Source: Candidatus Stramentimicrobium fermentans
Lineage (GTDB): Bacteria; Atribacterota; Phoenicimicrobiia; Phoenicimicrobiales; Stramentimicrobiaceae
NCBI GenBank assembly: GCA_012520575.1
Contig: JAAYOB010000023.1
Location: 21,572 to 85,571 of the forward strand
Direction of reading: 5' to 3'
DNA: 64,000 nt
Under the pieces are notes generated by a model. It saw only the letters and a program-made list of their open reading frames with translations. It had not been told where the DNA came from and did not search any database. Within the stretch, counting starts at the first letter, position 1; each line of letters begins with the position of its first letter. Made by a program: the position numbers and the translations under genes. This document shows positions 27,661 through 38,043 of the stretch, piece after piece.

Positions 27661-27954
27661 AGTGTCCTCTCACCTCAATTTGATAATAAATCTAAATAAT
27701 AATATTCTAAAAAATTAACTAAGAACTAATGACCAAGTACTTATAAGCCATGATAAATCATAACTCTTTTACTAAATATTGTCTATATAATTATAGCTTA
27801 GTTTATAATATTATGACAAGTAGTAATAAAAATTATTATCTGGAGAAAAGATGTGGGAATAAGAGAGTGAGGTTGACACGAGGGCTGATCGCGGCAATAG
27901 AGCTCTCTCGCAGAGGCGGAAGTAAAGATAGTCACAGGGGAATGGTTGGGGATT

Positions 27955-27986
27955 AAAAAAGCCTCCGGAAAATTCCGGAGGCTTTT
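27955..27986 (-). terminator. Rho-independent terminator of ompM
   Basis: AAAAGCCTCCGGAA / TTCCGGAGGCTTTT hairpin with a T6 tail on the minus strand. Confidence 0.85.
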
Positions 27987-28013
27987 CGTTCAAGATAAAA
28001 TAATCAGCAATGA

Positions 28014-29696
28014 TCAGAATTTGACTTCGATACCAGCATAGATCTTGGTAACGTCGTTATTAATTACCCAATCATCCTTATCTGACCAATCAGCTATGTC
28101 AGCTTCCCAATCGTTCATTTCAACACCGACCTTTAAGGTGGTATTCTCAGCTACGTTATATTTGAGCTGAGCTTCTGCACTGTAGAAAGGAACGAATGCA
28201 GAATTAACGCGGCCTTCAACGATTAACTGCATTGGATCATCCGGGAATTTATAGGTAACATTGCCCACAACTCTGTATGCCGGTAATGCTGCAAAGAGAT
28301 AATCAGCGTGTGCATTAACCACAAATTCATTGTCATCACCGAAAGTAAGATTCAAGTATTCACCTTCTAAGTAGATGTCGCCGGTAAGTAATCTGTATTC
28401 ACCCTTGATATAGGCTTTTTCGTCCGGGTTATCTTCATTAATATTAGTGAAATCTAAGCGTAAGCCACCGGTATTAGCCTTCGGAACGGCGAAAGCGGAA
28501 TCCATTACGTATTTCCAGCTTGGAGTAAGTTTAATCTGGAGGTCATCATCTTCATCGGTTAGCATAAAGGCTAATGATGCTTTTACGCCAATCTCGTCAG
28601 GATCGTAACCGCTGTTATCAAGAACAAATCCGGGCTGGGTATACCAACCTTCAACAGTTAAAGCTATATCTTTATCATCGCCGAGGTCGACACCTAATTT
28701 ACCAGCTGCTCCAAAAGCAACGTTAACGAAATCACTTACTACACCGGCTTCTACGTCAACTTTTATAGAATCATCATCACCTGCAACGAATCCCACATTG
28801 CCACCGCCGAATACTACATTGTTAATAAGATCGTAACCGGCTGTTATGCCAACAGGTATATCGTCTTCATCCCCTAAATCAAAGGCGACATTCAGGTAGT
28901 AGAAATCTTCTACCCGGCTAAACAATGTCCAAGTGCCGAGATCTTCTTCTGTATCCCACTGCCACTGTGCCCAGAAGCCCGGGAATTTTTCATTTTCATC
29001 AAAGTCATAGAATAAGCCTAATCCAATGGTAGCCGGAGCTACATCAGAAGAGACCAGCAAATCCCAATCGCCGGAGTATTTTAAGTTATATTTGCGAGGA
29101 GTAATAGTTACCGGACCATTGAGTACATTGCTAACTCTAAAGGTAATATCGGCAGTTGTTTCCGGGTTAATCTCAGCGGCAAATTTGAGGTCAACACGGT
29201 CTGTTAAAGTTGCCGGGGCGAGCGGATCGCCGGACATATCATAAACATCCTTGCTATAGTCAGCTTTCCAGGTTCCTGTGATTTTGACCGGTTCAAAGAA
29301 TCTCTCATGTTTATCAACGACTGCCTGTAAGGCTGCAATAGCTTCACTGTTTTTGCCTACTGCTGCTTCTAAGTCAGCTACAGTAACTCCCAGGTTGGCA
29401 AGCTCATCAGCAAATTCCACAGCTAGCTTGGACAGGATTTCAACATCTTCTGCCAGAGCACCATACTGTTCAACATAAGCCAATAATCTGGCTACGGCTT
29501 CGGCAAATTCGTAACGGGTTAATGTTCTCTGTCCGCCGTAAGTACCATCCGGGTAACCAATAATCACGCCTTTTGCGGCAAGTACCTGAACTGCATCATA
29601 TGCCCAGTGAGTTAGTGGCACATCTACAAAAGGATTAGCTAAAGCTGGAATGGCCAGAGCAAATACGAGTAATACTACTAATGCTAATTTCTTCAT
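28014..29696 (-). CDS. ompM: SLH-domain outer-membrane porin (OmpM/SlpA/Mep45-type peptidoglycan tether)
   Basis: Signal; SLH FVDVPLTHWAYDAV..GYPDGTY.G..TRYE; coiled coil; beta barrel ending YAGIEVKF. Confidence 0.88.
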   Translation of the reverse strand: MKKLALVVLLVFALAIPALANPFVDVPLTHWAYDAVQVLAAKGVIIGYPDGTYGGQRTLTRYEFAEAVARLLAYVEQYGALAEDVEILSKLAVEFADELANLGVTVADLEAAVGKNSEAIAALQAVVDKHERFFEPVKITGTWKADYSKDVYDMSGDPLAPATLTDRVDLKFAAEINPETTADITFRVSNVLNGPVTITPRKYNLKYSGDWDLLVSSDVAPATIGLGLFYDFDENEKFPGFWAQWQWDTEEDLGTWTLFSRVEDFYYLNVAFDLGDEDDIPVGITAGYDLINNVVFGGGNVGFVAGDDDSIKVDVEAGVVSDFVNVAFGAAGKLGVDLGDDKDIALTVEGWYTQPGFVLDNSGYDPDEIGVKASLAFMLTDEDDDLQIKLTPSWKYVMDSAFAVPKANTGGLRLDFTNINEDNPDEKAYIKGEYRLLTGDIYLEGEYLNLTFGDDNEFVVNAHADYLFAALPAYRVVGNVTYKFPDDPMQLIVEGRVNSAFVPFYSAEAQLKYNVAENTTLKVGVEMNDWEADIADWSDKDDWVINNDVTKIYAGIEVKF

Positions 29697-30008
29697 ATTT
29701 TTCTCCTTGGTATTTTTTTATATTTCCAGCTTAATTCTCTTTCCAAACAATAATTAGCTGAGTATCCTTCGTTTCCTCATCAAGATGTTTTTCTGAAAGA
29801 ATTAAGTTGGGTGTTTGCACCATTTCTGAATAAATAAAACAGGCACCAATTCTTCTTCACCTCCTTCCTTCCCGTTTTATCTATAAGTTGAAATGACACA
29901 AATCTTTAGTCAGTATAATTTAGGGTAATAATATTACGTACTTAAAACTAAGGTATGTAATATTCAAATTTGGGGGGTAGATTTAAATTTAGAAAGAACT
30001 TTTTTACT

Positions 30009-30038
30009 ATTATAGAATGGTAAGAATGCCAATGTCAA
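30009..30038 (-). promoter_or_regulatory. Consensus sigma70 promoter of ompM
   Basis: TTGACA-N18-TATAAT, implying a 5' leader of about 300 nt. Confidence 0.75.
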
Positions 30039-30076
30039 GCTTTTTTATCTAAAAATTATTATAGTTAGCCGATTAG

Positions 30077-31210
30077 CTAATCAGTTAATTGATTAGATAC
30101 TTCCATTATAACCTTAAGAGGTCCGGTTGTCCAGGTATCATTGAACGCTGTTACTTTTACTTGTATGGCAATATCGCTTTGCACCACATCCTGAACCATT
30201 TCAAAAAGATTAACAGCCGAAATAGTGCCAACCAGACTGGTACGTGGTTCGGGGATAATGCCTTCTTGTACGGCTTTTAAATTAACCTTACGCAAGAGAG
30301 CAAATAATCTATTTTCAGCTTCTTTAGGGTCTTTTGTTACCGGTATCTCTTCTACTAGAAGAACCTCATTTTTATGAAAGACCAGTTTATTTTCCAACAG
30401 AGAAAAATTAGCGATAACTGCTTCTCCTTCAATAACATTCATAGCGGCAATCAAGCGGACAATCAATTCTTCTTTACTTTGAGAAATATTTTGCATAGTA
30501 TCATCAAATTCTTTTTTAGAGATAATCAGCACTTGTCCACTGTTCTCATCGGGTGCTGCACCCAATTCAATTACCTTTGCAGTAGCCTGGCTAAGCAGAC
30601 TAAAGAGGCTTTGCTCTACCTCTTTCTTTGCGGTTTCAGCTTTGATAATAGTCATGGCGATTTCTTCGCCCTGGTCTATAATGATGTCTCCGCTCCTCAG
30701 CCAGCTAATTCCGGAGTATAAAACTTTTATCGCTTCCTGTAATTCGACTATTTCTTCTTGTAAATTATCTCTCTCAATGATCAGTTCCTGCCCTATCTCC
30801 CTCAGGGATTCTAATTGAGCAGTCTGTGATTCAATCTGACTATTTAGCTTTAGATATTGTTTTTCTGATTCTTCTAATTCCAGGGTCTTTTCTTCTAATT
30901 TGTGACGTGTTTCTGCCAGCAGGGTATTTCTGATATTGATTTCCTCTGTTAATTCACTCTGTCTCCGGCGCAACTCTTCCATACCGAACAAGGCAGTACG
31001 GACATCTTTGGAAAGAATAGACAAGATGGTTATTGTGAGAATGGAAATAATAATACCGGTTAAAATAGCAATAAGAATAGCGGTACGCCGGGGACGTAAA
31101 CCGAATATAGTTATTTTTTTCTTGCCGACACGGAAACCGGTTAAATCCCCGATATAGGCAATTAATCCGCTGATTATTATTAAGGTTAAGATTAGGACTA
31201 TGCTATACAT
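30077..31210 (-). CDS. DUF3084 domain membrane/coiled-coil protein
   Basis: GLIAYIGD..G.RVGKKKITIFGLRPRRTA, SKDVRTALFGMEEL, then coiled coil; next to lptB. Confidence 0.85.
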   Translation of the reverse strand: MYSIVLILTLIIISGLIAYIGDLTGFRVGKKKITIFGLRPRRTAILIAILTGIIISILTITILSILSKDVRTALFGMEELRRRQSELTEEINIRNTLLAETRHKLEEKTLELEESEKQYLKLNSQIESQTAQLESLREIGQELIIERDNLQEEIVELQEAIKVLYSGISWLRSGDIIIDQGEEIAMTIIKAETAKKEVEQSLFSLLSQATAKVIELGAAPDENSGQVLIISKKEFDDTMQNISQSKEELIVRLIAAMNVIEGEAVIANFSLLENKLVFHKNEVLLVEEIPVTKDPKEAENRLFALLRKVNLKAVQEGIIPEPRTSLVGTISAVNLFEMVQDVVQSDIAIQVKVTAFNDTWTTGPLKVIMEVSNQLTD

Positions 31211-31409
31211 AATATTGCGGGGGAGGTGTCCCCTAAAAACCCTCAAATATAATAATAAGGTTATCGATTTTTCAGTCAAAAACAAAAAATAAAGAATTCG
31301 GGCTAAAGAGCAGGCATGAGATTGCCGCAGCCGCTACACTCCTTCGCAAGGACAAAAAAGGAAATTCCTACTGAAAATTATAAACCATGAACCGAAAACT
31401 TCTTTATCT

Positions 31410-32138
31410 TCATAATGAAAACCGTTCACCGAGATAATATTTTCTGGTTATTTCTAAATCGGCAACCTCTGAAGGTTTTCCCGAAGCTAATATTTTCCCA
31501 TCATGCATTATATAGGTGCGGTCGGTAATCTTCATGGTCTCTCGAACATTATGGTCGGTAATTAAAATACCCAGACCTTTTTCTTTCAAAAATTCAATAA
31601 TCTCCTGAATATCATAGACCGCGATAGGGTCTACTCCGGTAAAAGGCTCATCTAATAAGATAAAAGAGGGTGAACCGGCTAAAGTGCGAGCTATCTCTAC
31701 CCTTCTCCGCTCACCGCCTGAGAGCATATATCCCTTGTAATCAGCCAGATGTTCGATTTCCAGTTCTTTTAACATTTTTTGGCAAGTTTTTTCTCTCTCC
31801 GTCTTATCAATGCCCAGAGCTTCCAGTATTAACAGGATATTCTCATCCACAGACAATTTTCGGAAAATAGAGGGTTCCTGAGCCAGATATCCTAACCCCA
31901 TTCTAGCTCGTTTGAACATAGGGGTATGGGTTATATCTTTCCCTTCAAAAAAAACTTTTCCTTTATCCGGCCTGATTAGCCCTACTATCATATAAAAGGT
32001 AGTTGTTTTACCGGCCCCGTTAGAGCCCAGCAAACCAACTACCTCTCCTTTATTAATCTCAATATTTACCTCATCAACAACTCTGCGTTTACGATAAACT
32101 TTAACCAGTTGTTCGGTCCATATTTTTCCCAAAAACAT
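31410..32138 (-). CDS. lptB: Lpt ABC transporter ATPase
   Basis: GSNGAGKTTTFY, GYLAQEPSIFRKL, LSGGERRRVEIAR, LLDEPF.GVDP, ITDHNVRET. Confidence 0.95.
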   Translation of the reverse strand: MFLGKIWTEQLVKVYRKRRVVDEVNIEINKGEVVGLLGSNGAGKTTTFYMIVGLIRPDKGKVFFEGKDITHTPMFKRARMGLGYLAQEPSIFRKLSVDENILLILEALGIDKTEREKTCQKMLKELEIEHLADYKGYMLSGGERRRVEIARTLAGSPSFILLDEPFTGVDPIAVYDIQEIIEFLKEKGLGILITDHNVRETMKITDRTYIMHDGKILASGKPSEVADLEITRKYYLGERFSL

Positions 32139-32201
32139 CTCCTGTAAGTTTTATGAACAATAAACAATGTGTCTTAATTGTTCATAAAAACAAAGTATGA
32201 A

Positions 32202-32732
32202 TTATTTCCCGCTAATAATTTTCCCCAGTACCGCAATTACATCCTGAGTCAAATTATCTCCACCATATAGAACGACAGGATATTCATTTATTTCGCTACC
32301 GGTAAAAACCGGAACTTCTCTATTGATAATTAACTGATATTGTTTTTCTTCTCCAACAACACTGATGGCTTTCAATACATCTGAATTTCTCTCGGCTTGC
32401 AAAGCCTGCCTTTGTGCTATTATTTTTTGCTTAACCGGGTCCCATTCCTTATTAAACTCTTCTTCCAGCTTTTTCAACTCCAGTTCTTCCAATCCCTTCC
32501 CCTCCTGATTGAGCTTAGCCTGTCTGGTCTGTAATTCTGTCATCAGCTCTTTTTCGAGCTCAATAATTTTTTCAGAATTAGGGTGACTGGCGATAACTTG
32601 AGTCAGATTGATATAACCGATTTTCTGAGCCAATACACCTATGGAAAAAATAGAAACTAATAGTATAATCAGTGCTAAAGATAATAATATTCTGCCCTTG
32701 CTCATAGTTCTTGCCTTCTCGTGAAAAGCCAT
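32202..32732 (-). CDS. skp: OmpH/Skp chaperone
   Basis: Signal; KIGYINL..VI..HP; coiled coil; VVLYGGDNLTQDVI; follows bamA. Confidence 0.85.
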   Translation of the reverse strand: MAFHEKARTMSKGRILLSLALIILLVSIFSIGVLAQKIGYINLTQVIASHPNSEKIIELEKELMTELQTRQAKLNQEGKGLEELELKKLEEEFNKEWDPVKQKIIAQRQALQAERNSDVLKAISVVGEEKQYQLIINREVPVFTGSEINEYPVVLYGGDNLTQDVIAVLGKIISGK

Positions 32733-32834
32733 TCGTTACCTTCCTCCTTCATTTGTATCTAAAAACATATAGTTATTATTTTTAATTAAATTTAGTTTAA
32801 TAATGGTACAAATAAATCCGGTTTCAAATTTTAT

Positions 32835-34583
32835 TTAAAAAGTATGGCCAATGCTGAAATACGCCTTACCCTCCTCATCACCTTCTCCAAAACCATAATC
32901 GATACTGATTGGTCCTAAGAAAGTATCAAAACGTATTCCCACTCCCTTACCGAATTTTAAATCACCGATAGTGATGGGTATACCGTGGTCCCAGGCATAA
33001 CCAAGGTCCGCAAATAGTACAGCTTGCAGATTGTCTGCCACGGGGAAACGATACTCCACATTAAAAACAAGAGACACATCCCCTACAAATTCCTTGTATT
33101 CATAGCCTCTAATGGTACCCAGTCCGCCAATTTCGTATTTAGCGAAAGAAGGAAGTGAAGTATCTCCATAGCCGACCATCATTCTCATAGCAAGTACGCC
33201 CTCATTGATAGCGCTTGATATGGTAGTATCTCTTTTGTAGCCTTCCCTAATGGGACCGGTAGAAAAGTAGGTGCGTAGATCGAGATCATATTTACGAAAA
33301 TTATAATCTCCACCTAATACTCCGCCTGCACTTAAAACTGAAACGGTACCAAACCATCCTTCTGTAGGGTTAAACCGGTCATCACGAGTATCATAGATCA
33401 AGAATGGTTTTAAGCTATTGGTTAGCCCTGCCTGGAGGTTATCAGGCAGTTTTCCGGATATTAATTCATAAGAAGCCTCTTCGCTCTTCAGTTCTATACC
33501 TACTTTAAAATGTTCCTTAAATTCTTGTCCGAAGGTAAGTTTGCCGCCCATTCTTTCCATCTCATATTTTGAATCAATGCCGTCGATTTGTTTATTTACT
33601 TCCAGGAAAGTGTCGTAAACATCTAAACCGAAGAAAGTAGGAGAAGAGGCATTTCCCAGCCATGGATCATAAAAGGACAGGCTATAGGTGGTTCTTCCGC
33701 CCACTTCCAGCTTTGCTTCAATGCTCTGCCCCTGTCCAAAGAGATTTGCCTCTTTAACACTGGCATAGGCAAATAACCCTTCGCCGGTACTATAGCCGCC
33801 ACCGCCGCCCAGCAGACCGGTGCTTTTTTCCCTCACTTCAATGACCAATACAATCATATTCTCGGCACTGCCCGGCTCTAATTTCATAGACACGTCATCA
33901 AAAAAACCGAGATTATAAACATCTTGCAGAGATTTCCGTACCTCATTAAAATCAAACAGCTGACCCGGCTCAACTTTAACGTGTCTCCTGATTACCCGAT
34001 CTACTGTTTTTTCGTTTCCGGTAATCTTTATTTCTTCAATTTTTCCTTCTACAATTTTAATGAGTAGTACCCCGGTGTCCTGATTATAATCAATATCCTC
34101 TAATTGAGCTAAAATAAGTCCTTTTTCTCTGTAGAGTTGAGAAATTCTATCCAGATCATTCTGTAATATCATCTGTGAAAATACTTGTCCTTTGTCTAAA
34201 ACCATAGCATTTTTAATTTCTTGTGCTTCTAAAACAGTACTGCCTTCGATAACAATATCTTTCACTAAGGTATTTTCCTTGACCGAAAAAACAACTCTAT
34301 AGCCATCTCTGAAGGGCTCTAATTTGACCTGTACATCTAAAAAATAACCCGAATCATAGATAGCCTTCATATCAGTTTGAATTTTATCTTTAGAAAAAGT
34401 ATCGCCGATATTGGAAGAGATTAGGGAAATAATAAATTTGGTATCGATATGTTCATTATCACGCACTACAATAGCCGTAATTTTACCATTATTTTGTGCG
34501 AGAACTACACTCCCAAACAGGAAAAGCAATAAAAGAGATATGATTAAGAAAACCAAGCCTTTATTTATAGTTTTATGCCCCAA
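32835..34583 (-). CDS. bamA: BamA/Omp85 (three POTRA domains)
   Basis: POTRA repeats (ITGNEKT..VIRR), EANLFGQGQ, DTRD..FNPT.G, IRGY, GIRFDTFLGPI.IDYG, ends FSIGHTF. Confidence 0.92.
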   Translation of the reverse strand: MGHKTINKGLVFLIISLLLLFLFGSVVLAQNNGKITAIVVRDNEHIDTKFIISLISSNIGDTFSKDKIQTDMKAIYDSGYFLDVQVKLEPFRDGYRVVFSVKENTLVKDIVIEGSTVLEAQEIKNAMVLDKGQVFSQMILQNDLDRISQLYREKGLILAQLEDIDYNQDTGVLLIKIVEGKIEEIKITGNEKTVDRVIRRHVKVEPGQLFDFNEVRKSLQDVYNLGFFDDVSMKLEPGSAENMIVLVIEVREKSTGLLGGGGGYSTGEGLFAYASVKEANLFGQGQSIEAKLEVGGRTTYSLSFYDPWLGNASSPTFFGLDVYDTFLEVNKQIDGIDSKYEMERMGGKLTFGQEFKEHFKVGIELKSEEASYELISGKLPDNLQAGLTNSLKPFLIYDTRDDRFNPTEGWFGTVSVLSAGGVLGGDYNFRKYDLDLRTYFSTGPIREGYKRDTTISSAINEGVLAMRMMVGYGDTSLPSFAKYEIGGLGTIRGYEYKEFVGDVSLVFNVEYRFPVADNLQAVLFADLGYAWDHGIPITIGDLKFGKGVGIRFDTFLGPISIDYGFGEGDEEGKAYFSIGHTF

Positions 34584-34941
34584 CTTTTCTTACCTCCTGG
34601 ATATTTATTTCTCAATCTTGATTGCTCAGTCTTAGCTGATTAACTCTACAGAGAATTATTTTACTCTGTTCATTATATAACATATCTGACAATATCTAAA
34701 CTAATTTCCAAAAAATATTTCGAAAATAAAGCTTATCGCTCTTTTAAATCAAATTATCGAAAGTATAAAATAAATGGTACTACAATTATCATTAATTATC
34801 TACAGCAAGAATTATCATAAACAGTGATAACTGTAGTGATAGAAAATAAAAAATGATGGTTTCGAGACCCCCAGAACAATTAAATTTTTATTCTTGTCAA
34901 CTGCTTTATCTAATCTGAATACACTTTTTATTTCAGTTAAA

Positions 34942-37900
34942 TTAAAACTGTATATTCATTTTTCGGGCTAAATCATCCAGATAAGTATAGAGAATCGGTA
35001 TAAAGACCAAGGTAAGAAAGGTGGAGGAGGTTAGCCCTCCTATAATAGTAACAGCCAACGGCGCTCTCATTTCAGCGCCTTCTCCTAAACCAATAGCCAT
35101 AGGAACTAAAGCCAGTACGGTGGTAAGGGTGGTCATTAAAATTGGTCTCAAACGGGTCTCCCCTGCTTCAATCACTGCTTCATTGCGCCCCAAGCCGCTT
35201 TTCCGCAATTGATTAATATAATCAATCAAAACTATAGCATTGTTTACTACGACACCCGCCAGTATGATTAAGCCAATGAGAGAAAGTACATTTAAACTTA
35301 TTCCGGATAGCATTAAAGCTATAATTACCCCGATAAAAGAAAAGGGAATAGAAAAAATAACCGCAAATGGGAAAAGCAATGATTCAAATTGTGCGGCTAT
35401 AATCATATATACTAACAGTATAGATAGAATCAAGGCAAAGAAAAGTTCTCGAAAAGACTTGTTCATCTCCTCTTGTTCACCGGCAAAGGCATAATGATAG
35501 CCTTCCGGCAAAACTAAAGAATTCAATTTTTGCCGGGCTTCTTGAATGACACTGCCCAAGAATCTGCCGCTAACATTACCGGTTACTTGAACCTGTCTCT
35601 GTTGGTTTTCCCGATTGATTCCCTGAGGACCTATCCCTACCTCTACCCGGGCAATCTCTTTCAGGGGAACCTGTAAACCATAGTTAGAGCTAATCATCAT
35701 ATTTTCTAACTCCTGCAGTTCACCATACCCGCTCTTCTCGAGTTTTACGGTTATATTATAGCGCTCTCCACCTTCCTGGAAGTAGCCGGCTACTTTGCCC
35801 AAGAGGGCATCATGCACATTAGAGGCTACCTGACCGGCGCTCAAACCATATAAATTCACTTTTTCCCGGTCAATGGCAATATGCAGTTCGGGCCGTACCT
35901 CTTCTACACTGCTCTGTAAATCATAAATTCCCTCCACCTCTGATAGAAGAGACATTATGGTATTGGCAATAAAATCTAATTCTCCCAGTGAATCACCACT
36001 GATATTAATGGTGAGAGCAGCGCCTGAGGTAAGAGAGAGATTCTGTTCGCTAAAACGAATCTGGGTATCGGGATATTCCCCTATCCTATCGCGCAGTTCG
36101 GCAATGATATCCGAACTATCCCTTTCTCTTTCACCTTTTTCTATCAGAGTAGCCATTATAGCTGCGTTATTACCGCCGGATCCCCCAATGTCCATACTGC
36201 TTCCACTGCCAACCGTGGTAAAAACATTTTCGATCTCAGGAACACTATGGACCACCTTTTCGATTTCCCGGGCAATTTCTCTGGTCACCTCAAAATTAGT
36301 ACCCACCGGCAGTGAGATATTGATGCTGAAATTGCCCTGGTCTATCGCCGGAAAAAATTCAGCTCCCACTAAGGGTAAAAGAGTGAAGGACAGAACTAAT
36401 ATTGCTATAGCCATAAGGACCATGATACCCCTGTGTCTTAAAGCCCAATCGATAAGATAGCTATATTCCCGACGGACAGCATTAAAGAAACCTCTCTTAT
36501 TTGCCTCCTTAGCAGTAAGAGATGAGGACCGGTCAGCAGCATCACTTGAAGGAGATAATATTTTTCTGTTTCGGGAACGGGAAAAAAGCATGGGTACCAA
36601 GGTTAGCGCAACAAACAGAGACATTAAGAGAGAGAAAGCAATGGTCAGACCCATAGTCTTAAACAATTCACCGGCAATCCCAGAAACATAGACGACCGGA
36701 AGAAAAACAGCAATAGTGGTTAAGGTGGAAGCGGTAATGGCATCCGCTACCTCATTGGCGCCAAGCTCCGCCGCGAGGGCGGCATCTTTACCCAGTTCTC
36801 GATGACGAAACACATTTTCCAACACTACAATGGAATTATCCACCAGTATCCCGATACCTAAGGCCAAACCTCCCAGAGTCATCATATTGAGAGTTAATTT
36901 AGCAAAATAGAGTAGAGTAAAGGTAGAAATAACGGATATGGGAATAGAAAACCCGATAATAAGGGTACTTTTAATACTGTGAAGAAAGGCATACAAGACA
37001 AGCATGGTCAGTACTGCACCAATAAGCAGGGTATCGGAAACTTCTTTTATCGCCTTTTTAATAAAATCCGAGGAGTCAAAGACGGTAATGGCTTTAGTAT
37101 CACCAGGCAGAATTCCCTTATTTTTAATGGTATTAAGCTCACTGTTCACCCGATTTGCTACAATAACGGTATTCGTTCCGGATTCCTTTTGTAAAGTTAA
37201 AGAGATACTGGGGTAACCGTTGATATAAGCTACCGTTTGCTGTTTTTTAAAGGTATCTGAAATCCGGGCAATCTCTTTCAGGGGTATTTGATTACCTTTT
37301 ACCGTAGATATGATGACATTTTCAATATCGGCAATGCTCTCAAAACGTCCCAGGGTTCTGATTAAAAAATCAACATTCCCTTCCCTTAAGGTACCGGCCG
37401 GCAGGTTAATATTCTCACTCCTTAAAGCCATTACCACCTGGTCCAGAGTCAGGCTGTTGGCTCTCAGTTTTTCATTATCAACCGATACCAGTATCTCTCG
37501 TTCCACTCCGCCGCTTACCGAGGCACTGGCAATACCCTCTATCCTTTCCAGACGTGGCTTGAGTAAAAGGCGGGCAAATCTATCCAGCTCATGCAGTGAA
37601 TATTGCTCCGAATTGATACCTAAGACCATGATGGGCATCATAGAAGGGTCAAACTTAATCACACTGGGGTCGCCGGCTCCTTCCGGCAGTATTCTTTTTA
37701 CCTGGTCTATCTTTTCTCTGACCTCTAAGATGGCAATATCCATATTGGTCCCCCATTGAAAAGATAAGAGCAGTACTGTGTTTCCTTCTTGGGAAATAGA
37801 ATTGATGGTATCGACGCGATGGACAGTACTTACCACTTCCTCCAGCGGAATGGTAATCAGCGCTTCCATCTCTTCCGGAGCAGCGCCGGGATAAGAGACC

Positions 37901-38043
37901 ATTATGGCTGATACGGGGAAAGACATATCGGGCAGCAGATCCAGGCCCAAACCTTGATAAGAAACAAACCCTATTACTATCAGAGCGATAAAGAGCATAG
38001 AGATAGTGACAGGACGATTAATAGAAAATTTAGGCAGGTTCAT
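34942..38043 (-). CDS. RND efflux permease (AcrB/SwrC family)
   Basis: SINRPVT, YPGAAPEE, GILVDNSIVVLEN, GVVVNNAIVL.D, RLRPILMTT. Confidence 0.93.
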   Translation of the reverse strand: MNLPKFSINRPVTISMLFIALIVIGFVSYQGLGLDLLPDMSFPVSAIMVSYPGAAPEEMEALITIPLEEVVSTVHRVDTINSISQEGNTVLLLSFQWGTNMDIAILEVREKIDQVKRILPEGAGDPSVIKFDPSMMPIMVLGINSEQYSLHELDRFARLLLKPRLERIEGIASASVSGGVEREILVSVDNEKLRANSLTLDQVVMALRSENINLPAGTLREGNVDFLIRTLGRFESIADIENVIISTVKGNQIPLKEIARISDTFKKQQTVAYINGYPSISLTLQKESGTNTVIVANRVNSELNTIKNKGILPGDTKAITVFDSSDFIKKAIKEVSDTLLIGAVLTMLVLYAFLHSIKSTLIIGFSIPISVISTFTLLYFAKLTLNMMTLGGLALGIGILVDNSIVVLENVFRHRELGKDAALAAELGANEVADAITASTLTTIAVFLPVVYVSGIAGELFKTMGLTIAFSLLMSLFVALTLVPMLFSRSRNRKILSPSSDAADRSSSLTAKEANKRGFFNAVRREYSYLIDWALRHRGIMVLMAIAILVLSFTLLPLVGAEFFPAIDQGNFSINISLPVGTNFEVTREIAREIEKVVHSVPEIENVFTTVGSGSSMDIGGSGGNNAAIMATLIEKGERERDSSDIIAELRDRIGEYPDTQIRFSEQNLSLTSGAALTINISGDSLGELDFIANTIMSLLSEVEGIYDLQSSVEEVRPELHIAIDREKVNLYGLSAGQVASNVHDALLGKVAGYFQEGGERYNITVKLEKSGYGELQELENMMISSNYGLQVPLKEIARVEVGIGPQGINRENQQRQVQVTGNVSGRFLGSVIQEARQKLNSLVLPEGYHYAFAGEQEEMNKSFRELFFALILSILLVYMIIAAQFESLLFPFAVIFSIPFSFIGVIIALMLSGISLNVLSLIGLIILAGVVVNNAIVLIDYINQLRKSGLGRNEAVIEAGETRLRPILMTTLTTVLALVPMAIGLGEGAEMRAPLAVTIIGGLTSSTFLTLVFIPILYTYLDDLARKMNIQF

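Noticed and set aside
35021-37759. Several plus-strand ORFs up to 167 aa, and similar antisense ORFs across the window
   Set aside because: Shadows of well-supported minus-strand genes
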